Source: Actinomycetota bacterium (GTDB lineage: Bacteria > Actinomycetota > Acidimicrobiia > IMCC26256 > PALSA-555). Taken from it: a stretch of DNA of 64,000 bases. The notes under the pieces were generated by a model. It saw only the letters and a program-made list of their open reading frames with translations. It did no database searches and was not told the origin of the DNA. The stretch spans positions 10,623 through 74,622 of the forward strand of contig VGBI01000002.1 of NCBI GenBank assembly GCA_016870595.1, in the 5' to 3' direction. Both the position numbers and the translations under genes were made by a program. Positions 20,311-28,253 of this stretch are shown here, piece by piece; within the stretch, counting starts at the first letter, position 1; each line of letters starts with the position of its first letter.

Positions 20311-21187
20311 GTCGACGGCCCACGACGGCGCGCCGCACCGGGCCGAGCGTCCGTCGGGTGCGGGGCCAGGGGTACCGGAACGGGTTGGACCGGAAGAACA
20401 TGTAGAGCGCGCGCCGGTGGCCACCGTCCTGACCGATCGCCCGGGCGTGGTAGCCGCGCGTGTCGGCGATCACGAGGGTGTTCTTCGGGCAGGTGACGAC
20501 CTGGGGCGTGAGCCCGCGGCGCTCCATCTCGGCGTCGGGGACCCGCCGCGACGGATCGATGCAACGGCTCGGGTCGACCGAGTCCCGGTACTCGGCCCGG
20601 AGCCGGACCGCATCGAGGTGATGGGACCGCGGCACGTAGACGAGCGGGGCGTTCTCCTCCGTCACGTCGGTGAGGTACAGCCAGACCTTGTGCGCGTGGA
20701 ACACGGAGTCGACGTGGAGGCGGGTCTGCTCGTCGGCGAGGGAGTAGTCGCCGATGGTGATGTCCTCGACCAGGACACCCCCGGAAGCCGGCCCGACGGG
20801 GCGGCGCTCGGCCCCGGCCCCCAACCCGAGCACACGGGCGTTCCGGCGCCACGCGTCGAGGTGGGGGAAGCGCTGCCCGTCGAGCGACGCGAGAAACCAC
20901 TGCTGCAGCGTGGTCGTGCCCAGCGAGTGCAGCAGCGTGGGGAAGTGGCCGTCGAGGTAGCGCTCGACCTCGGTGCAGGTGGCGTCGAACACGTCGTCCG
21001 GAAGGAAGTTCTCGATGGTGACGAACCCCTCGGTGGCGAGTGTCCGCACCACCGGATCGTCGGGGGCGCGCCGGACCCGGTACCGGGCCCGGGCGCCCAC
21101 GGCCCGCAGGGGCTGGACGCCGAGACGGTTGAGCGCGCGACTGTCGACCATCTTCTTGGCGCTGAAGACCTGTGCGAGGGTGCTCAC
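20303..21187 (-). CDS. Phytanoyl-CoA dioxygenase (PhyH)-like Fe(II)/2OG oxygenase
   Basis: LHVDSVFH...VWLYLTDVTEENAPLVYVPRSHH matches the PhyH HxD...NG-like...PGSH pattern. Confidence 0.72.
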   Translation of the reverse strand: MSTLAQVFSAKKMVDSRALNRLGVQPLRAVGARARYRVRRAPDDPVVRTLATEGFVTIENFLPDDVFDATCTEVERYLDGHFPTLLHSLGTTTLQQWFLASLDGQRFPHLDAWRRNARVLGLGAGAERRPVGPASGGVLVEDITIGDYSLADEQTRLHVDSVFHAHKVWLYLTDVTEENAPLVYVPRSHHLDAVRLRAEYRDSVDPSRCIDPSRRVPDAEMERRGLTPQVVTCPKNTLVIADTRGYHARAIGQDGGHRRALYMFFRSNPFRYPWPRTRRTLGPVRRAVVGRRPG

Positions 21188-21359
21188 GGCGACGGATTCG
21201 ATCGGATGTCGATGGAAGGGGTCTGAACCTCCAGCGCACTACTCCGGTCACCGGGGACGGGCCCCTCCCCCGAGCGGATGGGACGTTCCGGTCCTCGCCG
21301 TTCGCCCGTTGGATGGTGCCCCGCCCGGGCCGCGTCTGTCGGCCCGTTATCGTGACACC

Positions 21360-21432
21360 GGGTCGCTAGCTCAACTGGCAGAGCAACGGGCTTTTAACCC
21401 GCAGGTTCTGGGTTCGAGTCCCAGGCGGCCCA
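21360..21432 (+). tRNA. tRNA-Lys (UUU)
   Basis: Hand-folded: acceptor GGGTCGC/GCGGCCC, anticodon loop CUUUUAA, T-arm CTGGG-TTCGAGT-CCCAG. Confidence 0.9.
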
Positions 21433-21515
21433 CGGACCCGGGACCGTCGATCCCGGTGTCAAGGTTCGCGCACCGCGCGCTGCGTACGGTCCGCCCACCG
21501 ATGAGGGGGGGACTG

Positions 21516-22496
21516 ATGTCGATCAACCGTGGGCAACGACCGGCGGCGCTTCGGAAGAGCCCTCCCCGCCTCTTGCGGTGTGTGGTCGCCGTGCTCGGCG
21601 TGGCGATGGCGTTCGGTGGGTCCACGGTCATCCCGGCCGCAGCGGCGAGTGACACCACCGCGGCGGAGAAGGCGGTGAACGCCTATTCCCTCGCCGACCT
21701 CGCGGCCGACTGGCCGGCGGCGGCACGAGCGTCGAGCGGTCTGGCCAACGCCTGCGCCCGGTTCTACGGCCTCGTCGCGAGGACGGAGGGTCTTCAGCCG
21801 GGGACGCTCAAGGTGGCGCCGGCCACCGGCGGGAAGGTCGCCTTCGTCGTGGACAAGGTCACGCAGCGGGGGAACACGGCCCGGGTGCAGGGGTCGGGCA
21901 CGGAATCGGGGACCGCTGCGGGTACGGCGTTCGAACTGCGGATCTCGGACGTCGTGCTCACCCGAAAGGGGTCCCGGTGGCTGGTCGACACGTACTCCAT
22001 CGCCGACACCGCAGAGCCCACCCCCACACCGTTGGACCAGTTCTTCACCGCGATCCCGGTGAAGGCGAAGTCCGGTGTGCTCGCCGTGCGCTTCGAGGTG
22101 GCGAAGTCGTACGCGGATCCGTCGAAGCGGACCGTGACGGACGGCGCGTGGGCCCTCACGGTGCGCAACGTCAGCAGGCGGGGCGTCGCCACGTTCTCGC
22201 AGATGACGGCCCGATCCGCCGCTGGGAAGGTGTACTCGGTCGCGCGGATCGCGAGCGCTACGGGCCCTGCGCTACAGATCTCGGGGGACCACACCTTCTT
22301 CGCGCGCAAACTCCAGTTCGGAACCGACGAGACCCTCGAACCCGGTTCCGAGGCGCCGATGCTCGTCTGGACGCGACCGGGTGCGTTCAACGGTGGATCG
22401 CTCGACCTGACCTACACGGTCGACGGGGCGCCGGTCACGGTCACCGTCGCGCTTCCGGCGGTCCCGTATCCGGCCGGCTACTCGGCGGTGGGGTGA
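21516..22496 (+). CDS. Secreted hypothetical protein
   Basis: ATG 21516 follows GAGGGGGGG. A signal-like segment LLRCVVAVLGVAMAFGGSTVIPAAAAS is present. It is in frame with listed ORF 20973..22496. Confidence 0.6.
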   Translation: MSINRGQRPAALRKSPPRLLRCVVAVLGVAMAFGGSTVIPAAAASDTTAAEKAVNAYSLADLAADWPAAARASSGLANACARFYGLVARTEGLQPGTLKVAPATGGKVAFVVDKVTQRGNTARVQGSGTESGTAAGTAFELRISDVVLTRKGSRWLVDTYSIADTAEPTPTPLDQFFTAIPVKAKSGVLAVRFEVAKSYADPSKRTVTDGAWALTVRNVSRRGVATFSQMTARSAAGKVYSVARIASATGPALQISGDHTFFARKLQFGTDETLEPGSEAPMLVWTRPGAFNGGSLDLTYTVDGAPVTVTVALPAVPYPAGYSAVG

Positions 22497-22570
22497 TGCC
22501 CGGCACGCTCACCCCGCCGGGAACATCGCCCCGGGGCCGGTGCCCTGCGGGCCCACCGTGACGGTGTCCA

Positions 22571-23014
22571 TCACCGCCGGGCGGCGCGGCGACCGATGGT
22601 CGTGGTCGGGGTGGTCGCGGCGCAGGGGTCGGTGGGGTCGACGCCGAGCGCGGCGCGCAGCAGCGGCAGGTTGATCCGCTGCACCTCGGTCATGGCGGTC
22701 ACCAGCGGCGCCGTCTCCGGCACGGCCGTCGCCCCGGCGATCGTCCGGTAGTACCCGACCAGCTGCGCGTTGTAGGTGATGGCGATCTCGACGTTGGGGA
22801 GCACCGAAGCCGGCCACGCTGCCGGCGGGTTGCGCAGCACCTTCCCGGACTTCGCCGCGGCCTCGGCCGGGCACACCGCCTTCGTGTAGTGGCGGGCCGC
22901 CTCGGCCCCGGTCATCGGCTTCTCGGCGCCGGCCGGTGCGGCGGCGAGGAGGCCGCCGCCGGTCACCGCCAGCGCGGTCACGGCGGCGAGGTGGACGATC
23001 CGACGCGAGCGCAT
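22571..23014 (-). CDS. Small secreted hypothetical protein (147 aa)
   Basis: The protein begins MRSRRIVHLAAVTALAVTGGGLLAAAPAGAEKP (signal peptide) and has two Cys. It is in frame within listed ORF 22571..23470. Confidence 0.55.
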   Translation of the reverse strand: MRSRRIVHLAAVTALAVTGGGLLAAAPAGAEKPMTGAEAARHYTKAVCPAEAAAKSGKVLRNPPAAWPASVLPNVEIAITYNAQLVGYYRTIAGATAVPETAPLVTAMTEVQRINLPLLRAALGVDPTDPCAATTPTTTIGRRAARR

Positions 23015-23129
23015 GGGTGCTCCTCGGGAAGGGGTGGGAGGGGTGACGGGTCGCCGGGAACCTACCGGCACCCCACGCCGGGACGGAGTCGGATCGGGGA
23101 GCGGACGGGTGGTGGCCCCGGTCGGAGGG

Positions 23130-23696
23130 TCACGCGCCTCCGCGGTTCGCGATCCGGTCGCGGCGGGCGCGGAGGTTGACCCGGTTGCCGCAGCGCTCGG
23201 CGGCACACCAGCGGCGCCGTCCGGGCGGAGAGGCATCGTGGAACAGCAGCGAGCACCCGGGACCCGTGCAGACGCGGAGGCGTCCGTCGCGGGTCGCGAG
23301 GAGGTCGACGGCGTCGGCGGCCACCGCCGCGAGCGCCCCCGCGATCGGCGCTCCGGCGGGGAGCACGACCCGGGCGGATCCGTCGGGTGCGAGCCGCCGG
23401 GTCGGACCCGGTCGCGTCGCCCACCGGTTGACGACGGTGCGCGACGCCCGCGGCACGGGGTCACCGGCAACGACCGCGTGCGCAGCGGCGTGGATCGCCT
23501 CGCGCAACCGGATCGCCTCGGCGAGCAGTGCGGGGTCGGCCACGGCCGAGGTCGGGGCGACGGCGCGCGCGACCCAGCGGGCGAGGTCGCTGGGGTCCAC
23601 GAGCAGCTCGGTCGGCGCGACGGTGCGGTACCGCAGGGTCCAGGTGAGGTCGAGCGCCAACCGCCCGCCGAAGCGGAACCCCTCGTCGCCGCTCAC
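23130..23696 (-). CDS. CGNR zinc-finger (ABATE-domain) protein
   Basis: The C-terminus is CTGPGCSLLFHDASPPGRRRWCAAERCGNRVNLRARR. GTGA overlap with the upstream RidA gene. Confidence 0.85.
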   Translation of the reverse strand: MSGDEGFRFGGRLALDLTWTLRYRTVAPTELLVDPSDLARWVARAVAPTSAVADPALLAEAIRLREAIHAAAHAVVAGDPVPRASRTVVNRWATRPGPTRRLAPDGSARVVLPAGAPIAGALAAVAADAVDLLATRDGRLRVCTGPGCSLLFHDASPPGRRRWCAAERCGNRVNLRARRDRIANRGGA

Positions 23697-24247
23697 CGCG
23701 ACTCGGGCACCAGGTCCAGCACCGCCTCGATCGCGAGCACCAGGTCGCCGGGCAGCGCCGCCACGCCGACCGCGAGGCGGGCGTGGCGGCCCCGGTCGCC
23801 GAAGACCGCAACGAGCACCTCCGACGCGGCGTCGATCACCCCGGTCTGCCCGGTGAACTCGGGCGTGGAGTTCACCACGGCGAAGACGTGCACGACGCGC
23901 GCGACCGCGTCGAGCGATCCGAGCTCGGCCCGCACGGTGGCGAGCAGGTTCAGCGCCGCGGCTCGGGCCGCGTCCCGGGTCTCGTCGACGTCGACGGTCG
24001 CGCCGACCCGGCCGGTGTGGATCGAGCCGTCGGGTCGGGTCCCGAAGTGTCCGCCCACCCAGAGCTGGTGCCCCGAACGCACCGCCGGCACGTACTCGCC
24101 GAACGGGGGGAGGGGGTCGGGCAGCGTGATCCCGAGCCCGGCGAGCCGGGCCTCGGGACCGGGGTCGGCGCCGGCGGGGGTCCCGGCTGCGTCCGGGGGT
24201 CCGGTGGGCACCGGGGGATCATCCGACAGAGGTTGAACCTCTGTCAA
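23693..24247 (-). CDS. RidA/YjgF/Endoribonuclease L-PSP family protein; start uncertain (TTG 24247 or GTG 24211)
   Basis: LAGLGITLPDPLPPFGEYVPAVRSGHQLWVGGH...ARLAVGVAALPGDLVLAIEAV is typical RidA. The Pro-rich N-terminal extension may not be translated. Confidence 0.8.
   Translation of the reverse strand: MTEVQPLSDDPPVPTGPPDAAGTPAGADPGPEARLAGLGITLPDPLPPFGEYVPAVRSGHQLWVGGHFGTRPDGSIHTGRVGATVDVDETRDAARAAALNLLATVRAELGSLDAVARVVHVFAVVNSTPEFTGQTGVIDAASEVLVAVFGDRGRHARLAVGVAALPGDLVLAIEAVLDLVPESR
24225..24245. promoter_or_regulatory. 21-bp perfect palindrome GACAGAGGTT-G-AACCTCTGTC
   Basis: Read directly: 10-bp arms with a 1-nt centre. It lies just upstream of, or overlapping, the possible RidA-CGNR operon start. 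Confidence 0.5.
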
Positions 24248-24302
24248 GCGGCGGACGGGGGCCGTCGCCGGGAGGCGTCAGGGAGCCGTCGCCGGGAGAC
24301 GC

Positions 24303-25541
24303 TCAGGGAGGAGTCGTCGGGAGGTCGGCGACGAGCCGACGCAGCGCCCCGACGTCGACCACGGTGTCGGCGTCGGTGAAGTAGGTGCGCCACCGACGCG
24401 GGGGGCGGGCCTCGACGCCCACCACCGGATGGTGGTGGAGACCGGCCTGCCGGGCGAGCAGGTGGTAGGTCGACACCGCGGCGTTGGCCGGGAGCAGCTC
24501 CACCGCGTGCGCGCCGGGTCGACAGAACATCAGGTTCGCGAGTCCGGCCCCGTGCAGGGCGACCACGATCTCGGCCCCGGCGAACAGCCGCGCCTGCTCG
24601 GCCACGGTCAGCCCCTCGGTCGCGACCGTGCGGAAGCCGAGCCCGGTCAGCATCGCGGCGACCGCGTCCTCGTTCACGATCGTGCGTCGGCCCCGACCGG
24701 CGCCGAGGCGGGTGAGGTGGAGCCGGTCGCCGGTGCCCGCGGCCGCCCGCTCGGGGGCGAAGGCCTCCCGGACGGTGGCGATCGCCCATCCCGGAGTGGG
24801 GTTCCACGACCACGGCATCGACCCGGCGATCAGCCGCTCGGCCCGGAAGGCGGGCGCGTCGGCCCCGACCGCCACGACCTTGTCGGCCGGCGCGCCGATC
24901 CGCTCGAGGGTCTCGGCCACGAACCCGGGTCCGGCGGGCACGAGGACCCGGTCGATCGCAGCCGGGTCGGTCGCCCCGAGCACCATCGCCAGGCGTGGCA
25001 GGCCCTGGGCCATCCAGTGGAAGTAGTTGTCGCCCCCGAGCACGAGCCCGTGCACCGTCGTGCCGGGCAGGTCCTCGACGCCCCGGGCCCGGGCCTCGGC
25101 GATGGCGCGCGCCACCCCGGTGGGGGCGAGGCTGATGCCCCGGTCGAGGTCGCGGCACACGGTGTGGGGGTCGGGACCGACGTGGCCGTCGCTCCCGAAC
25201 ACCCAGCCGTCACGGAGCTCGGCCACCACCAGCGCCGGGACCTCGTGCTCGGTGTGCCAGCCGGGGGCGTCCACGAGCCAGGGGTCGAGGTCGGGTGGCG
25301 CCGCCAGCACGAAGCGCTCGGCGGGGTGGACGACCCGGACCGAGACGCGGGCCGGGTCGAGCGTGTCGGTGTCGACCAGGGTCACCGGTGCGGGATCGGG
25401 ACCGCGGGCGGCCCGGCGGCGGAGCTGCGTGCGGGCCATCCGCCGCACGACGAAGCGCCGTCCGTGGCGGCGGTCGGTGCCGAGGAGCCGCCCGACCGCC
25501 CGGCGGACGCGGCCGCCGGTCGTGGTCGGGGATGCAGTCAT
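24303..25541 (-). CDS. Glycosyltransferase family 61 / DUF563-like protein
   Basis: This is the C-terminal 412 codons of listed ORF 24303..26819. GGAGG precedes ATG 25541. The motif GGDNYFHWMAQGLPRL and the ...ALHGAGLANLMFC... pattern are DUF563-like. Confidence 0.72.
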   Translation of the reverse strand: MTASPTTTGGRVRRAVGRLLGTDRRHGRRFVVRRMARTQLRRRAARGPDPAPVTLVDTDTLDPARVSVRVVHPAERFVLAAPPDLDPWLVDAPGWHTEHEVPALVVAELRDGWVFGSDGHVGPDPHTVCRDLDRGISLAPTGVARAIAEARARGVEDLPGTTVHGLVLGGDNYFHWMAQGLPRLAMVLGATDPAAIDRVLVPAGPGFVAETLERIGAPADKVVAVGADAPAFRAERLIAGSMPWSWNPTPGWAIATVREAFAPERAAAGTGDRLHLTRLGAGRGRRTIVNEDAVAAMLTGLGFRTVATEGLTVAEQARLFAGAEIVVALHGAGLANLMFCRPGAHAVELLPANAAVSTYHLLARQAGLHHHPVVGVEARPPRRWRTYFTDADTVVDVGALRRLVADLPTTPP

Positions 25542-25622
25542 GGAGGCCTCCGTCGGGACCACTGAGCGTAACCCCCAGGGTCCCCCAGGCCCCGGTGGCG
25601 GGACGGGGGTAGCGTCCGGCCG

Positions 25623-26864
25623 GTGTCCAGCCCCACCGACGCTCCCGGGGATGCGCCCCTGACGCAGCGCAGGGCGGTGGAGGTCCGGGTCGGTCCGCTC
25701 CGCTCGGCTGGCGCCCGGGTCCGGGCGACCGCCGAGGTGCGCATCCCCGACGGCCGCGCCCGCGAGCTCTGGTTCGAGGTCGACGCCGCCGACGCCGACC
25801 GGGTCACCCCCCACGGCGACCCGTTCGTGTTCGCGCCGCTGATGCTCGCGCTGGCGGGTGGCCACGACCTCGTCGTCACCGGGGCGACGCTCGATCCGGT
25901 CCTGGTCGAGCGGCTCGCGGAGTTCGTGCGCGTCTGGTCGGCGTGGTTCGGCTACCCCGAGGTCCGGATCGCCGCCGAGACCCGTCCGGCGGTCGCTCCG
26001 CGCCCGGGCACCGTGGTGGCGTTCTCCGGTGGCGTCGACGCCGCCTTCAGCGCGTGGCGCCACACCCGGGGCGACGCCGCGGCCGATCGCCGCGTCGACG
26101 CCGCGATGATGCTGCACGGGCTCGACGTGCCGCTCTCCGATCCCGCCGCCTTCGCCCGGGCGTCGACCCGGGCCCGGCGCATGACCGACGACCTCGGCAT
26201 CCCCCTCGTCGCGGTCGCGACCAACACCTGGCAGCTGCCGCTGGTGACCGGGCACTTCACCGGCATGGGGGTGGCGGCCGGGCTGCAGCTCCTCGCGGGT
26301 GGGTCGGGCACGGGCCTCGTGCCGTCGACCGCGGCGTACCGGGATCTCGTGGTCCCGATGAACTCGTCGCCGGTGAGCGACTGGATGCTCGGCGGCTCCG
26401 ACTTCGCGATCGTGCACGACGGTGCGTCGGCCGACCGGTTCACCAAGATCGCCGCGCTGGCCGACTGGCCCGAGGCGTTGGCGTCGGTGCGCGTGTGCCT
26501 GCGTCACGCGGGCCACGACGACAACTGCGGCCGGTGCACCAAGTGCATGATGACCCTGACCGCGCTCCACGTGCTCGGCGTGCACGCGCCGGGCTTCGCC
26601 GACCGCCCCGACGCCACTGCGATCGACCGGTGGGCCCGGACCCTGCCCCGGTCGGCCTACTACCTGCAGGAGGGCGCGGTGCTCGCCCGCGCGGCCCGGG
26701 CCCGTGGCGTCGACGAGGCGTGGGTTGCGACGCTCGAGCGGCGGATCCGGCGCGCCCGGGTCAAGGCCGGGGTGCGGGCGGCGGCGCCGGAGGTGTCGGC
26801 CCGGGTGGCCCGCCTGCATCGCCGGGCGTCGACGTGGAACGCACGCCGGCGACGATCAGGGTGA
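25623..26864 (+). CDS. PP-loop (adenine nucleotide alpha-hydrolase superfamily) ATPase with a C-terminal Cys cluster and a unique N-terminal domain
   Basis: 413 aa. VVAFSGGVDAAFSAW matches the SGGxDS PP-loop, and VCLRHAGHDDNCGRCTKC is a C-x10-C-x2-C-x2-C cluster as in QueC-type enzymes. Third-position GC is high on this strand. Confidence 0.6.
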   Translation: MSSPTDAPGDAPLTQRRAVEVRVGPLRSAGARVRATAEVRIPDGRARELWFEVDAADADRVTPHGDPFVFAPLMLALAGGHDLVVTGATLDPVLVERLAEFVRVWSAWFGYPEVRIAAETRPAVAPRPGTVVAFSGGVDAAFSAWRHTRGDAAADRRVDAAMMLHGLDVPLSDPAAFARASTRARRMTDDLGIPLVAVATNTWQLPLVTGHFTGMGVAAGLQLLAGGSGTGLVPSTAAYRDLVVPMNSSPVSDWMLGGSDFAIVHDGASADRFTKIAALADWPEALASVRVCLRHAGHDDNCGRCTKCMMTLTALHVLGVHAPGFADRPDATAIDRWARTLPRSAYYLQEGAVLARAARARGVDEAWVATLERRIRRARVKAGVRAAAPEVSARVARLHRRASTWNARRRRSG

Positions 26865-27792
26865 CGAGCGCGCGCGCGTCGTCGAGCGCGCGCGCCGGGT
26901 CGGTGCCCCGGTGGGCCCGCCACGTGGGGAGCCGGCCGAGCGCGCCGGCGATGGCGAACAGCCGGGGCCGGTGCTGCGCGTCGGCGAGGGTCGGGTCGAC
27001 CCGGATCACGGCGTGCAGCACCTCGACCCCGGCGATCGGGGCCAGCGCCGCGCCCCCGGGGTCGGGCCCCTCGAGCACGACGAGGGCGGCGGCGGGGTGG
27101 GTGCCCCCGACCAGGGTGTCGGCGGGGAGCTCGACCCGAGCCCGGAGGTCGTCGGGAACGGGGCGGGCGCCGGCGAGGGCGGGAGCCACGTCGGCAGCCA
27201 CCGAGATCGGCCGCGCGAGGCCGGCGATGCGCACCGTGCCGTCGTCGAGGTGCACGATCACCGCGTCGTCGGCGATCACGCCGAGCCCGGCCCGGTGGGC
27301 GGCGTAGGCCAGGGTCGACTTGCCCATGCCGGTGTTGCCGAGCACGACCACCGCCCGCCCGTCGATCAGGAACGCGGCGCCGTGGAGGAGGTGGCGCCCG
27401 TGGTCGGCGAGGAGGCGGGCCAGGCCGACCAGGACGACGAACCGGTAGGTCCGGGTCGGGAAGTCCCCGGGTCCCCCGACCACGAGCTCGGTGGGGGTCC
27501 CCCGGGCCCGCAGGTCGCCGGCGGCGCGCAGCCACAGGGTGTCGTCGGCGGTCGTGCGCCACTGCGCCAGCTCGGCGGTCTCGACGTCGGGATCGGTGGC
27601 CGGGAGCTCGATCGGCGTGGCCACGACCCGCAGGGTGCAGTCGGGTGGGGTGTCGACGATCGTCGCGTGGCGGAACAGTGACGCAATGGCCTCGGCCCGG
27701 GCGTCGTCGTCGGCGTGCACGGCGAGGGCCAGGCCCGCCACGTCGATCACCGTCCCGGTCCGGACGGCGGTGGGGTCGGGTTCGGCGCTCAC
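26761..27792 (-). CDS. HPr kinase/phosphorylase C-terminal-domain-like P-loop kinase (non-PTS context)
   Basis: LHGAAFLIDGRAVVVLGNTGMGKSTLAYAAHRAGLGVIADDAVIV matches the HprK C-domain core. GTG 27792 is the proposed start within listed ORF 26761..28710. Confidence 0.7.
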   Translation of the reverse strand: MSAEPDPTAVRTGTVIDVAGLALAVHADDDARAEAIASLFRHATIVDTPPDCTLRVVATPIELPATDPDVETAELAQWRTTADDTLWLRAAGDLRARGTPTELVVGGPGDFPTRTYRFVVLVGLARLLADHGRHLLHGAAFLIDGRAVVVLGNTGMGKSTLAYAAHRAGLGVIADDAVIVHLDDGTVRIAGLARPISVAADVAPALAGARPVPDDLRARVELPADTLVGGTHPAAALVVLEGPDPGGAALAPIAGVEVLHAVIRVDPTLADAQHRPRLFAIAGALGRLPTWRAHRGTDPARALDDARALVTLIVAGVRSTSTPGDAGGPPGPTPPAPPPAPRP

Positions 27793-27949
27793 GCCCGGCC
27801 GACCCGGGCCCGCAGGGGCATCGGGCGGATGGTGCCAGCCCACTCCGGGGACGTCAACCGGTGTTAGCCTCGGGGGTCGGTCGGGGAGGTCTGCCGCACC
27901 GTCGCCGTTCCGCCGTGCCGGTCCCAGCGTGAGAGACCCGGAGGTTCCG

Positions 27950-28075
27950 ATGGCCGACGCCACCCAGCCCACGTTCCGGTACGAGCGGCCGGCGGTCGCC
28001 CGTCGTGAGCCCATCCCTGCGCTCCTCGAAGGCGCCCTGTCGAGCGACCCGCTTCCCGACAGCGGTCCCGTCTGA
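27950..28075 (+). CDS. Small ORF, 41 codons, candidate precursor peptide: MADATQPTFRYERPAVARREPIPALLEGALSSDPLPDSGPV
   Basis: GGAGG lies at 27940-27944, 5 nt before the ATG. Third-position G+C is 35/41. It is paralogous to the next small ORF. Confidence 0.5.
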   Translation: MADATQPTFRYERPAVARREPIPALLEGALSSDPLPDSGPV

Positions 28076-28176
28076 TGGCGCGGCCGTACGAGCCCCCGGC
28101 GGAGGTACGACGCTCGTCGCTCGCCGGACTCCAGTTCGACACCGCGGCGAGCGACGCCGGGCCGGCGGTCGTCTGA
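28075..28176 (+). CDS. Small ORF, 33 codons, candidate precursor peptide: MARPYEPPAEVRRSSLAGLQFDTAASDAGPAVV
   Basis: Its ATG overlaps the previous stop (TGATG). Third-position G+C is 30/33. It shares YE.PA..RR...L...SD with the preceding ORF. Confidence 0.45.
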   Translation: MARPYEPPAEVRRSSLAGLQFDTAASDAGPAVV

Positions 28177-28253
28177 TCCGAGCCGGGACGCGACTCGGGG
28201 GCCACCCGGGTGGGCGACCCCTGAGTCGTCGAGGGTGTGGGAGCGGCGTCCGG

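Noticed and set aside
25542-26819. N-terminal two-thirds of the listed 838-aa minus-strand ORF 24303..26819
   Set aside because: Only the C-terminal 412 codons (from ATG 25541, with a GGAGG SD) look like a real DUF563/GT61 protein. The upstream part is antisense to the PP-loop gene, which has the better codon bias and motifs.
27950-28176. Canonical lasso-peptide precursors (prompted by the YxxP motif and the HprK-like kinase)
   Set aside because: Y-E-x-P is present. However, counting from the Tyr, the expected Thr at -2 is absent and the acidic residues fall at core positions 6/10, not 7-9. No transglutaminase-like leader protease, RRE/PqqD or full-length Asn-synthetase-like cyclase gene is adjacent. 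I kept it as an unclassified candidate instead.
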